Virus record (IMG/VR): IMGVR_UViG_3300032272_000026
Location: 1 to 43,554 of that record
Length of the DNA: 43,554 bases
Direction: 5' to 3' (one strand)
Source: a virus
Lineage: Duplodnaviria > Caudoviricetes
Shown here: positions 35,701 through 43,554 of the stretch, one piece after another
Layout: each line of letters starts with the position of its first letter
Position numbering within the stretch: the stretch's first letter is position 1
Position numbers and translations under genes: made by a program
Notes under the pieces: model-generated
What the model was told of the DNA's origin: nothing
The model's input: the letters and a program-made list of their open reading frames with translations, nothing else
The model's database searches: none

Positions 35701-36150
35701 TCATAGGTCTAACTCCTCTATACTTAAGCTGGTTGTTTTGGTTTCATAAATGCCTTGGTTGAGGTAATAGTCTCGAATCAGGGATAGAGTCACCGGGCGT
35801 CCAGCCCACATACCCGCTGAGTCGTGTTGGGCTTTGGTGTAGAAATCAAGCAAAAAAGGCGTGTTTGACTGTAGTGCGAAATGCTCGCGGTGGTAATGTG
35901 CCCACACCAAGAAAAGAATGAACTCGAGGTACGAACCTGCCTGGGGAATGATGTGCCCTAGTCTGTGTCCTCCGGCGACTTGAACTTTTGCCACTAGGGT
36001 TCCATCGAGGGTTTTGTATGGGCGTAGAACCAGAGCCGAGGTATGTTTTAACGCAGGGTGAGTTGGCGAGGACTTTCTCAGCAGAGGGCTTTCAACTGGG
36101 GTCGATTTTAGGCTCTTCTCAATGATATCTGCAGGTTGAGGGAAGATCAT
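35701..36150 (-). CDS. Hypothetical protein
   Basis: AAGGA RBS before ATG 36150; ends LSIEELDL. Confidence 0.6.
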   Translation of the reverse strand: MIFPQPADIIEKSLKSTPVESPLLRKSSPTHPALKHTSALVLRPYKTLDGTLVAKVQVAGGHRLGHIIPQAGSYLEFILFLVWAHYHREHFALQSNTPFLLDFYTKAQHDSAGMWAGRPVTLSLIRDYYLNQGIYETKTTSLSIEELDL

Positions 36151-36160
36151 TTTGAATCCT

Positions 36161-36511
36161 TTAGAGTTCTGTGAGGTTGTATGAAACCTCGGCCGCAAGG
36201 TCTGGATCATGCACCACCCAAACTTCGTGTAGCAAGTGGGGGACGCGGGCACTGTGCGGTTCTTCGGCCCAATCTTTAAGAATAAACGTGAGACTGTCAT
36301 AAGGGCTAGCGTCGTGTAGTTCGTGGTCTGGGGGATACATTTTGTTGTTAAGCTTGCGCTGCGCTTTGCGGGCTGTGTATAGACGCTGGCGGAAATTCAG
36401 TGCTTGACCAGAGGTTTGGAAGGAGGCGCAGGTTCCTCGAGGGGCAGCAATAGCCCGTTCAAGGACGCCTAATGGGGCTGCGTAAGCTAGTTCTGATTTA
36501 GGCGCTGGCAT
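36161..36511 (-). CDS. Hypothetical protein
   Basis: GGAGG RBS before ATG 36511; A.NFRQRLY.AR, SPYD.L. Confidence 0.7.
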   Translation of the reverse strand: MPAPKSELAYAAPLGVLERAIAAPRGTCASFQTSGQALNFRQRLYTARKAQRKLNNKMYPPDHELHDASPYDSLTFILKDWAEEPHSARVPHLLHEVWVVHDPDLAAEVSYNLTEL

Positions 36512-36827
36512 TGGGAAAGTCCTCCGGGCAAAGTTTTTTATAGAGATTCTTGAGGTAGTCAAGTTCGGCTTGGGCTAGTTTGGTAAGATTTGTAGAGCCG
36601 TCTAGCCAGGCTCGGCTGAATTCAACAAATGGAGTACCCTTACACTCTGATAGACATGTATCCTCCCAGACAGGGCAAGAAATACACAAGGCTAGGCCTT
36701 TGCTAAACAACCGGCATAAAGGGCAGTTTATTGAGTTGGTGGCTTCACGCGCTGATATTTCCCCTGACACAACTTTTTCCCATTTTTCGATTGAGCCTTG
36801 TAAGGCTTTTTTAGTTACAGAGTCCAT
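36498..36827 (-). CDS. Cys-rich hypothetical protein
   Basis: SIEKWE, CPLC, C..CPV, C.GTP; AAGGA RBS. Confidence 0.75.
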   Translation of the reverse strand: MDSVTKKALQGSIEKWEKVVSGEISAREATNSINCPLCRLFSKGLALCISCPVWEDTCLSECKGTPFVEFSRAWLDGSTNLTKLAQAELDYLKNLYKKLCPEDFPNASA

Positions 36828-36915
36828 GCCTAGTTTATCCTTTTTTTTTTTAGATTTCGATATCGTCGTAGGAAGTCTTTCGGGAGGCGTCCTTGCCTGT
36901 TTTGACTTTTTTTGG

Positions 36916-38445
36916 TTAATTGATGTAGTGGAGATTTGTTATTGCTCTTGTTATGGCAACATAAAGGAGATTATCTTCTTGAGCATGTTCCCACTCAGAC
37001 TCGGCATATTTTGAGGGGATGAGATCGGAATTAAGAATGAAGACGTCGGGCCACTCTAAGCCTTTGGCACGGTGGATGGATGAAAAGGTGATATCAGGAT
37101 CGTCCCTCGAGAAAAGTCTTTCAATTTCTCTTGCCAGTTCAGGCTTAGTTGAGGCATTTGTTTGAGAAAGTATTACAGTGAGAATAGCTGCTTTGTCTTC
37201 GACGGTTGCTTGGATGGTTGGGTTATTGGAGGCTTTGGAAAGCTCGGATCGTTTCCAGATATCGATGGCCGCCTGAGAGACGCTAGGTAATTTTTTAATT
37301 AGCCCGACGAGCCCTGCGGCAATGTCCCGCCCTGGGAAGTTTATACCTCGACCAGCTTTCAGGGCTTCATAGGCTTGAGTAACTAAAGGGGCGTTAAAAC
37401 GGCACAGAATCACAGAACCTCGGGGCATGCTGTTGATACTAAAATTCCATTCAGTATCTGCCCAATGGATAACATCTCCTTTAGGTGCTGAGGCCGACTG
37501 CTCAATGTGTGGTACGATTTTTTGAGCCTCAAGAACTACATTTTGGGCGCACCTGAAGGAGACAGACAGCGGAAGTTCTGTCATTTTAAATCTTCGCTTG
37601 AGAGACTGAAAAGAATCCGCCAAGGCTCCGCGAAACCCGTAGACTGCTTGATAAGGGTCTCCTACAGCTATAAGGCGTCCCTCAGGGGCGAGTGATTTGG
37701 AAATCATTTCATGCTGGATGTGGGATAGATCTTGCGCCTCGTCAACAAGGATGGTTGGGTATTGGGCAAGCTTTAACTTGAAAATTGTTGGGAGGTATAA
37801 TTGATCGTTGAAATCTAAGAAGGGGTATGACTTTCCTGAGTGACTTTTGGCAGGAGCGTTGCCAAAAGCCCAGTGGATTGATTCCTTGAGGATGGCGGCT
37901 GCAATGTCTGTGTCAGCTGTTGTATGGGGGATTCCGTGATAGTCTAATTTTTCTAAGAAATTTGAAAAGTCGAGAAGGGAGAAAGCGCCCTCGACAGATG
38001 GTGGAACCCAGCCATAAGTTTTGGCTAAAGCCACAATTTTATTAATATTTAGCCGCTCGTCTCGCGATAGATCTTCGAACCAGTTTAGTTGATAAAGGCT
38101 TCGAGCAACGGCGTTTGTTTTGGTATTTGCTAAGAAAATCGGGATTGAGATAAACTGGGCACGCAGGTGTTGTGCCCAGGCTCGGTGTCCAAGACTGTTA
38201 AAGGTTCTGGCCTCGGCTCCTGGGGGAAGCCGTTCAGCTAGTGCCAAGGCGGTTTTTTTGTTGAAGGCGAGGGCGAGGGTTTTGTTGAAGAGTGTGGCGG
38301 CAGCAACGAGGGTGGTGGTTTTGCCTGAGCCGGCGACCGCGTTAAGTGCTATACTTGTTTTGGTTGTGGCGCATTGAGTAAAAAAGTCTAACTGGTGCTT
38401 AGACCAGGGAATTGTTGAGTCGATGTTGGCTAAAGGATTTTTCAT
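36916..38445 (-). CDS. UvrD/Rep-like superfamily 1 helicase
   Basis: AVAGSGKTT, VDEAQD, VGDPYQAVYGFRGA, SFRC, SSIHRAKGLEW, LLYVAITRA. Confidence 0.93.
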   Translation of the reverse strand: MKNPLANIDSTIPWSKHQLDFFTQCATTKTSIALNAVAGSGKTTTLVAAATLFNKTLALAFNKKTALALAERLPPGAEARTFNSLGHRAWAQHLRAQFISIPIFLANTKTNAVARSLYQLNWFEDLSRDERLNINKIVALAKTYGWVPPSVEGAFSLLDFSNFLEKLDYHGIPHTTADTDIAAAILKESIHWAFGNAPAKSHSGKSYPFLDFNDQLYLPTIFKLKLAQYPTILVDEAQDLSHIQHEMISKSLAPEGRLIAVGDPYQAVYGFRGALADSFQSLKRRFKMTELPLSVSFRCAQNVVLEAQKIVPHIEQSASAPKGDVIHWADTEWNFSINSMPRGSVILCRFNAPLVTQAYEALKAGRGINFPGRDIAAGLVGLIKKLPSVSQAAIDIWKRSELSKASNNPTIQATVEDKAAILTVILSQTNASTKPELAREIERLFSRDDPDITFSSIHRAKGLEWPDVFILNSDLIPSKYAESEWEHAQEDNLLYVAITRAITNLHYIN

Positions 38446-38460
38446 TTTTGAGGGCTCCGG

Positions 38461-38976
38461 TCATTTTAATTTTTGGGTAAGTGATAACAAGGCTAAGTGC
38501 TCTTGTTCTTGGAGGAAAGACTCAAGTGTGGTGACAAAAGTCGCATATTTTCTTCGGTAGGTGCTTTCATTTATTCCGAGAAGTTCAGCTTTGCGGCGAC
38601 CTGAGATTTTTCGGTGGCCTGAGCCTTTGCAACTTGGGCAGGGGTGTAGTCTATGTCTGCCTTTGCATGTTAAGCACATTAAGGGCTTCGCAAATTCACT
38701 CATTGTTAGATATAGTAAGCTGTTGTATATGTCCTTGGGGGGTTTATTCTGCAGGTGTATTTTTTTAGGTAGGTTGTGGCTAAGCTCATGTGTTGAGCAC
38801 TCAAGTTCACAATATTTCCAGTTTAATATGATTTTATGTAGCTGCGACATTTGCGCAAAAAGGACGTAGATGTGCAGAGGGGAAATTGTTTTGCCTTTAG
38901 GTGTTTTTTCAAGTTTAGCCCCCCGAAGTTGTTTTAATTGCATGATTGTGTTTATTGCTAATTGTTTGTGTGACAT
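38461..38976 (-). CDS. Lambda-Q-like antiterminator / late regulator
   Basis: CLTCKG...CPSCKGSG Zn finger followed by HTH-like RRKAELLGINESTYRRKY; GAGGAG RBS before ATG 38976. Confidence 0.6.
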   Translation of the reverse strand: MSHKQLAINTIMQLKQLRGAKLEKTPKGKTISPLHIYVLFAQMSQLHKIILNWKYCELECSTHELSHNLPKKIHLQNKPPKDIYNSLLYLTMSEFAKPLMCLTCKGRHRLHPCPSCKGSGHRKISGRRKAELLGINESTYRRKYATFVTTLESFLQEQEHLALLSLTQKLK

Positions 38977-38998
38977 TTTTATCTCCTCGTGGGATTTT

Positions 38999-39184
38999 TT
39001 AAAGTTCCCCGTGGATAGGGCACTCAAGCCAAGTCCTGATGCGGATTATTTTTTGAGTGCTGACTTGTCCCCAGGCTTCTGTGGTTTCAGACTCTTTTTC
39101 TACCTGAGGGAGTAGCAATCGTGTGCATATAGGGCAGCGCCCTTGAGACATACATACGAGTTGTTCTTTTGTGTATTTTGGCAT
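38999..39184 (-). CDS. Small Zn-ribbon protein
   Basis: CPIC...CPIH; AAGGA RBS before ATG 39184. Confidence 0.65.
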   Translation of the reverse strand: MPKYTKEQLVCMSQGRCPICTRLLLPQVEKESETTEAWGQVSTQKIIRIRTWLECPIHGEL

Positions 39185-39189
39185 GATTG

Positions 39190-39510
39190 TTAATTCCTTT
39201 GAATAATTTCGCCGAGAGTCATACCACAAAGCCGCCTTTGGATGGCGTCAGTGATTATTTCAGCGTGCCCCTCGGTAAGACCAACATCTAGTAGGGTTTC
39301 ATGGATGGTTAGTTCGAGCATGGTGCGCCTTTTTACCGGCAGGGGAGGTAAGTACGGTAGATCGATGTTTTCAGGTTGTGAGGCGTCCAACCAAGGCTCG
39401 TTGCGAGGATCGGGTTTTGTTTGGTTTTGTCGATCTAATAATTCCACCTGCCCAGTTAGGGCGCAAATGTAGCTTGGCTCGTCGCTATGGTAATTAGGAT
39501 TTTTTTTCAT
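39190..39510 (-). CDS. Hypothetical protein
   Basis: Operon-packed 106 aa ORF. Confidence 0.65.
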   Translation of the reverse strand: MKKNPNYHSDEPSYICALTGQVELLDRQNQTKPDPRNEPWLDASQPENIDLPYLPPLPVKRRTMLELTIHETLLDVGLTEGHAEIITDAIQRRLCGMTLGEIIQRN

Positions 39511-39527
39511 GGTGTGGGCTCTTTCGG

Positions 39528-39968
39528 TTAGAAATTGATTTTTTCTTCGATATCACAGATTAGTGAAGATGATACAATATTGTTTAAGGTAATATGGCCT
39601 AGTCGATTTAGAGTTTCATGATATTCTTGAGGCATATTAACATAAAGAGTAAGCTTGCATATGGCAGTATTTGAATATGCTTTAACAATAGCATATCCAG
39701 AAGTATCCTCCATGAGTTCAAATGTCGGATGCATTAAAACAGATTCGAAATGTTCGGTTTTTAGAAAAAGCGAGTCTGTAAAAATAGCTTTGCCGGTAAA
39801 GTCTGTGTGTGCGTATCGAAGCTTAGGGTAATGGTGGATGTTGTAGTCGCGAAGCTCGAAGTGGATTTTATCCAGGAGCGGTACAAGGTCTATCGGGATT
39901 GAGAAGTTTTCAAGGGTTTGAATTTCTTTTTTGGCGACTTGAATTTTACGTTGAATAATTTGCAACAT
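39528..39968 (-). CDS. Hypothetical protein, first gene after the 40055 promoter
   Basis: AGGAG RBS; 146 aa, AT-rich. Confidence 0.7.
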   Translation of the reverse strand: MLQIIQRKIQVAKKEIQTLENFSIPIDLVPLLDKIHFELRDYNIHHYPKLRYAHTDFTGKAIFTDSLFLKTEHFESVLMHPTFELMEDTSGYAIVKAYSNTAICKLTLYVNMPQEYHETLNRLGHITLNNIVSSSLICDIEEKINF

Positions 39969-40054
39969 GTCAGGCTCCTGGTGGTGTGGGGCTCCTTGGA
40001 GGTATTCCCGAGGCCATCCCGTTTTTTACTTTCTTACAATTTTGATTGCCCCCC

Positions 40055-40083
40055 TTTATACCACGAAGCCGCCCAGGAGTCAA
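40055..40083 (-). promoter_or_regulatory. Sigma70-type early promoter
   Basis: TTGACT-17 bp-TATAAA with TGn extension. Confidence 0.78.
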
Positions 40084-40144
40084 TGGGGTTGGTTAGGAGG
40101 AATACTTTATTGGCAGGGCTTATGTGGTCTATTTCCTCCATAGT

Positions 40145-40369
40145 CCTCCATCAACCTACATCAACCTACATTTCTCCATTTAGATATTTGGTCGTTTGCT
40201 CGGGCCTTGCCTTTCTTAGGGTTGTCCTTCTTGTAGTTGTTAAATTAAAAAAAAATAACAAATAAATACTGTACAACTCCAGAGACCTCAAATGCTTCCC
40301 GATTTTGGAAAAATGTCCAAATATCTAAATAGAGCAATAGACGATGATAGAGGTTGATGGAGGTTGATG
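40145..40369. repeat. Nested inverted-repeat element (candidate replication origin)
   Basis: CATCAACCT x2 (40149-40167) vs AGGTTGATG x2 (40351-40369); perfect 14-bp IR 40178-40191/40317-40330; central A9 tract. Confidence 0.75.
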
Positions 40370-40723
40370 CAGAATGTATAGAGGGAGGGCTGGTTGGAAT
40401 ACTTCAAACGGGGGTAAAATCCTTGTGGGTTAGTGGCTTGGTGACTTTGTTTCGTGGCAACGTGGCGGTTTGTGGGGTGGATCAATGGATAGTGGCGGCG
40501 GTGGGTTAGCGGGGAACATGGGCGGCGCTAGTGGTATGGATGTCTCTCGGGGCTTACTCATGTGGACTTAAAAGAACTGGGGGGGGAGTTCCATATAGGG
40601 CCGTCTTTAGGGCGTCCGCTGGGCTTTTCGCGACTTGGGCTAACTGAAAAAGGATTCCTAGGTGTACAATGCTCGGGGGAAATGGTTTTAATAACACAAA
40701 ACTTTTGTACTTTAACTAGAAAG

Positions 40724-40761
40724 AAAAATCCCCTCCACTAACCAAGCCGAAGGGGATTTTT
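40724..40761. terminator. Intrinsic terminator (bidirectional form)
   Basis: aaaaatcccct-16 nt-aggggattttt directly downstream of the 40770-41360 gene. Confidence 0.78.
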
Positions 40762-40769
40762 TAAAAATT

Positions 40770-41360
40770 CTAGATATCAAGGTCAATATCAACCGAGGTG
40801 GTGTTTTCCACCCTGGCTTTGATTTCCGCCAAGACCTTATCAGCGTCGTTCCCTAGCAGCCCGCACACTTTCCGCATGGCTGCTACTGGTCCGCCCAAGT
40901 CTCGCATTTTCGCGCCAGCTTCTTTTGCCGTGTGCTTGGCTTGGGTTTCCTTGTTCTTCACTTGCCGCAAAATCTGAAGGACATCTGCCTTGACCGCAAT
41001 CAAGAAAGGATCGGATTCCCTGCCACCTCCGCCAACGTTCCCCTCGGCAATGTTCCTCATCTTGGTGTGTGCTGCTGCGGTCTTGTCTTCCGTGTTCCCG
41101 TTCTTCCCAGGGCTATTATATGCATCGGTCACAGCTTGCTTAAAACCAAATGCCAACAAATGCCGATAGCCCGCTGGTTTGATTTCTTCCGCCCGGATAA
41201 AGAAAGTCTCTTCCCCCTTCTTCACCTCAAATTTGTGCGGAATTTCAACAACTACCCTTACCGTCTCGTTATCAATACTGTGGATTCCTTCTTCGGCTTT
41301 GGCTTGAAGAGCAGACAATGCTTCGATCAATTCAGCCTTGTTCATTTTAGAGAGTTCCAT
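40770..41360 (-). CDS. Stand-alone early protein with an N-terminal Rho-N/HEH-like helix pair
   Basis: MELSKMNKAELIEAL; own promoter and terminator; acidic tail VDIDLDI. Confidence 0.78.
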   Translation of the reverse strand: MELSKMNKAELIEALSALQAKAEEGIHSIDNETVRVVVEIPHKFEVKKGEETFFIRAEEIKPAGYRHLLAFGFKQAVTDAYNSPGKNGNTEDKTAAAHTKMRNIAEGNVGGGGRESDPFLIAVKADVLQILRQVKNKETQAKHTAKEAGAKMRDLGGPVAAMRKVCGLLGNDADKVLAEIKARVENTTSVDIDLDI

Positions 41361-41422
41361 CTGTTTACCCTTTGTTTTCTAAGTGCCTGAAGCGGTCAGG
41401 CTACCGTTTTTGCTTGTCTTCC

Positions 41423-41450
41423 ATTATATACAGTTAGACAGCCAAGTCAA
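41423..41450 (-). promoter_or_regulatory. Sigma70-type early promoter
   Basis: TTGACT-16 bp-TATAAT. Confidence 0.72.
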
Positions 41451-41626
41451 AGTTATGTTGCAGGTTTTTTGTATAAAAGTGTAACAGTTAGAGGCTTACT
41501 AGGAAAAAACTCCAAGGGGGGTACGCCTCCCCCCTCGACCTCGGGCGGGCGTCCAAGGGGGCCAATTTACCAAACTGGAAATTTTAAGGAAAAGTATGGC
41601 TTTAATCCATCCGCTAAACAAAATAC

Positions 41627-41655
41627 TTGCTTTTTATTTTCTGTTACCCCATACT
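41627..41655 (+). promoter_or_regulatory. Candidate late-operon promoter
   Basis: TTGCTT-17 bp-CATACT about 60 bp upstream of the first late gene. Confidence 0.4.
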
Positions 41656-41715
41656 ATAAAAAGAAGGGGCGAGAATTTTTCCTTTCACAGTACCTCCCGT
41701 GAGCCGGAGAAAAAA

Positions 41716-42387
41716 ATGTCTATTGAGCCTGAAAATATCGAGTCCGAAGAAGAATTTGATTTAGAAAATTTGTTGGATGATATCTCCCCTGAGGCCGCAT
41801 TAGGCTCGCTCGGGCTTAAGCCTGTGGGACGTAAGCTTCCTCTTAAGGCGCTTTTTGTCAGGAACCTCGAAGCGGGGGATATCTATGCAGCTGCCACTAC
41901 ATCTGCAACTGAACCTGTCGGAACCCCTCCGTTAAAAAAGCTTCGGGACAGTCATCATGAAATGGCTCGGTTGCTGGCATCAGGCCTTAAAAACATCGAG
42001 GTTTCACAAATTACAGGTTATAGTGCTAGCAGAATATCCATATTAAAAAACGATCCGGCATTTCGAGATCTTCTGGCTTTTTACGCTGAGCAGCAAGAAG
42101 AAGCGTTTGTTAATGTCAAATCCAGACTAGCTGGACTCTCTCTTGACGCTGTAGGCGTTTTAAGCGAGCGCATTATTGACGCCCCTGATGAGGTTAAAAC
42201 TTCAGAACTTCTTGATATTGCCAAACTGGGGCTGGATCGGACCGGGTTTGGTCCCTCAACTAAAACCGAAACCTCGGTTCAGCATCTCACTAAAGAAACT
42301 CTTGACGACTTAAAAGCTGCCCTACAAGACCGAACAGGGAAAGTGATAATGGGCGAAATCTTACTAGAGGAGGGATCTTCATCATGA
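41716..42387 (+). CDS. HTH protein, probable terminase small subunit
   Basis: GGAG RBS, ATG 41716; HH..ARL.A.G....EV..ITGYS.SRISIL..DP.F and LDRTGFGP motifs; first late gene, upstream of terL. Confidence 0.6.
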   Translation: MSIEPENIESEEEFDLENLLDDISPEAALGSLGLKPVGRKLPLKALFVRNLEAGDIYAAATTSATEPVGTPPLKKLRDSHHEMARLLASGLKNIEVSQITGYSASRISILKNDPAFRDLLAFYAEQQEEAFVNVKSRLAGLSLDAVGVLSERIIDAPDEVKTSELLDIAKLGLDRTGFGPSTKTETSVQHLTKETLDDLKAALQDRTGKVIMGEILLEEGSSS

Positions 42388-43007
42388 GTCTTCATTCACC
42401 TAAACCTCTTCCGTCTCGCCCAGATCGAATTCGCCACCGAAGGCTGGAAAGCCTTATTTGGACTGATCTGTGGACAGGTAAACCTCCCTTCGGCGGCGCA
42501 AAGAAAGCCGCCACAACAGCTCAACAAGAGGGTTTAACCTTCCAGAAAAAAGCCTTTAAATGTCTTAAAGAGGCGATATCCAGGGGATACCTCCAGGGAG
42601 AACTTTTCGTTGAGCCTTGGTTTGAATTCGAAGATGCAAATGGACCTGGATTTGCCCAACCTGATGCGTATATACTCCCTGAAGATGACGAGGCGCCAAT
42701 TATTCTTATTGAGTGTAAGTTAACTCAAGTTTCAAAAGGTTGGGCGCAGATGAAACAACTTTACGCCCCTCTACTTGCGCAATACTACAATCGCCCAATT
42801 CTCCATGTACAGGCGGCGAAAAAATTATCCAACGTCAACCGTGTAGCAATGGTCAAGCCCTGGGCACTACCCCTGGACGAAACCAAACCTATGCTGTGGC
42901 ATTTCTTAGGCAATACTGAAGCTGAGCTTGCTTCATTTTTAGCCACTTTGGCTTCAGTAGTAGACAACGGGGAGAACGGCTCCCTTCCCGTTGTAGCGGG
43001 GGCATAA
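42384..43007 (+). CDS. PD-(D/E)XK nuclease-like protein
   Basis: QPDAY...LIECKL...Q...LY. Confidence 0.6.
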   Translation: MSLHSPKPLPSRPDRIRHRRLESLIWTDLWTGKPPFGGAKKAATTAQQEGLTFQKKAFKCLKEAISRGYLQGELFVEPWFEFEDANGPGFAQPDAYILPEDDEAPIILIECKLTQVSKGWAQMKQLYAPLLAQYYNRPILHVQAAKKLSNVNRVAMVKPWALPLDETKPMLWHFLGNTEAELASFLATLASVVDNGENGSLPVVAGA

Positions 43008-43008
43008 C

Positions 43009-43227
43009 ATGCCGGGATCTACATTAACAGGATTAGATTCGGTCATCTTAGCTCTTGCTATGGGCGGGCGATCAGATATTACTCTCGGCACCGCAGGTCA
43101 AAAACCTGTAGCTGAAGTTGGGAAAGCCGTGGGACTTTCCCCTCAAATAATTGATGCTTTTGGGATATCTGGTTTTGCCCGCCCAGCCAACCTCACAAAT
43201 CTTGTAGGGGGTTTAGGCCTTAAATGA
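43009..43227 (+). CDS. Small hypothetical protein
   Basis: Stop overlaps the terL ATG (ATGA). Confidence 0.6.
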   Translation: MPGSTLTGLDSVILALAMGGRSDITLGTAGQKPVAEVGKAVGLSPQIIDAFGISGFARPANLTNLVGGLGLK

Positions 43228-43554
43228 CTTCACCTAATAAAACTCTCTCGAAAGATGAACGCTCGCTACTAGCCTCGGAATGTTATCTTGACCCGGTTCT
43301 ATTCCTACGCACTTTTTTAAAAGATTGGTTTCCTACCGAAATTCCTTGGGTGCATCGAGGTATTGTTGCCATCATCACACGTCGTACAGCTTTTTTAAGT
43401 AAATACGGAGAACTGGAGAAGATACGGACTAACTTTATTTTCCAGCCCGATTTTGAAAATGCCCCTGAGGTTTTTAAGCATATTTTTTCTTGGAATGAGG
43501 CTGGAGATGAACTTATTCTACACGCCAATAAATTCACTCTTATAATGATGCCCA
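43224..43554 (+). CDS. terL: Terminase large subunit, 5' part (continues across the join)
   Basis: Open frame MTSPNKTLSKDERSLLASECYLDPVLFLRTFLKDWFPTEIPWVHRG..., in frame with ORF 69-1556. Confidence 0.9.
   Translation, partial: MTSPNKTLSKDERSLLASECYLDPVLFLRTFLKDWFPTEIPWVHRGIVAIITRRTAFLSKYGELEKIRTNFIFQPDFENAPEVFKHIFSWNEAGDELILHANKFTLIMMP
43282..43554 (+). repeat. Terminal redundancy (copy 2)
   Basis: Re-reads 1-273; the last 127 bp match 147-273 exactly. Confidence 0.97.

Larger units (their letters stand above)
1..43281. mobile_element. Complete circularly permuted bacteriophage genome (podovirus-like Caudoviricetes, probably lytic)
   Basis: Terminal overlap 43282-43554 = 1-273; full packaging/head/short-tail/lysis module on + and replication module on -; no tape measure, sheath or integrase recognised. 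Confidence 0.93.

Noticed and set aside
34760-39995. Recurrent ggctcc/gggctc motif before - strand genes
   Set aside because: It is the reverse complement of Shine-Dalgarno GGAG(CC) sequences.
39918-40485. ORFs 39918-40265 (+) and 40288-40485 (-)
   Set aside because: They overlap the promoter and inverted-repeat element, have weak starts and no protein-like features; the region is better explained as non-coding.
30770-41390. Long + strand ORFs such as 30770-31255, 34925-35458 and 40932-41390
   Set aside because: Antisense shadows of well-supported - strand genes; no RBS or recognisable motifs.
43282-43554. Biological direct terminal repeat, or a DGR template/variable repeat pair
   Set aside because: It falls mid-terL and ends with an exact 127-bp match typical of an assembler k-mer. 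The mismatches are not adenine-specific on one strand and no reverse transcriptase is encoded.
1-43554. Stop-codon reassignment as the cause of the split genes
   Set aside because: Genes tile densely in the standard code with all three stops in use; the nozzle halves are in different frames and the polymerase halves are separated by other ORFs.

Overview
Apparently complete ~43.3 kb tailed dsDNA phage genome, podovirus-like in architecture and assembled as a circle. Bases 43282-43554 re-read bases 1-273, giving a unit length of 43,281 bp, and the circle is opened inside terL. The + strand arm (41716 through the join to 23069) is the late module: TerS candidate, nuclease, TerL, a HiPIP-like small protein, portal, scaffold, major capsid, decoration protein, a glycosyltransferase-like protein, adaptor, tail fibres, an embedded lysis cassette, a nozzle split in two genes, and ejection/internal virion proteins. 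The - strand arm (41360 down to 23035) is the early/replication module: lambda-Q-like Zn-finger protein, UvrD-like helicase, MazG-like protein, PD-(D/E)XK exonuclease, AAA ATPase, SSB-like protein, ParB-methyltransferase fusion, a family A DNA polymerase split into UDG+exonuclease and polymerase halves, and a DUF3987-like ATPase. I saw no integrase, RNA polymerase, primase, reverse transcriptase, tRNA or CRISPR array. Main points of interest: the two-part polymerase with a split proofreading site and His at the 762-equivalent position, the HiPIP-like gene with a scaffold-like C-terminal tail, a nested inverted-repeat (origin-like) element at 40145-40369, a gene flanked by exact 33-bp direct repeats, and a glycosyltransferase-like gene in the head module. 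All protein calls come from motif recognition and synteny by eye; no database searches were run.
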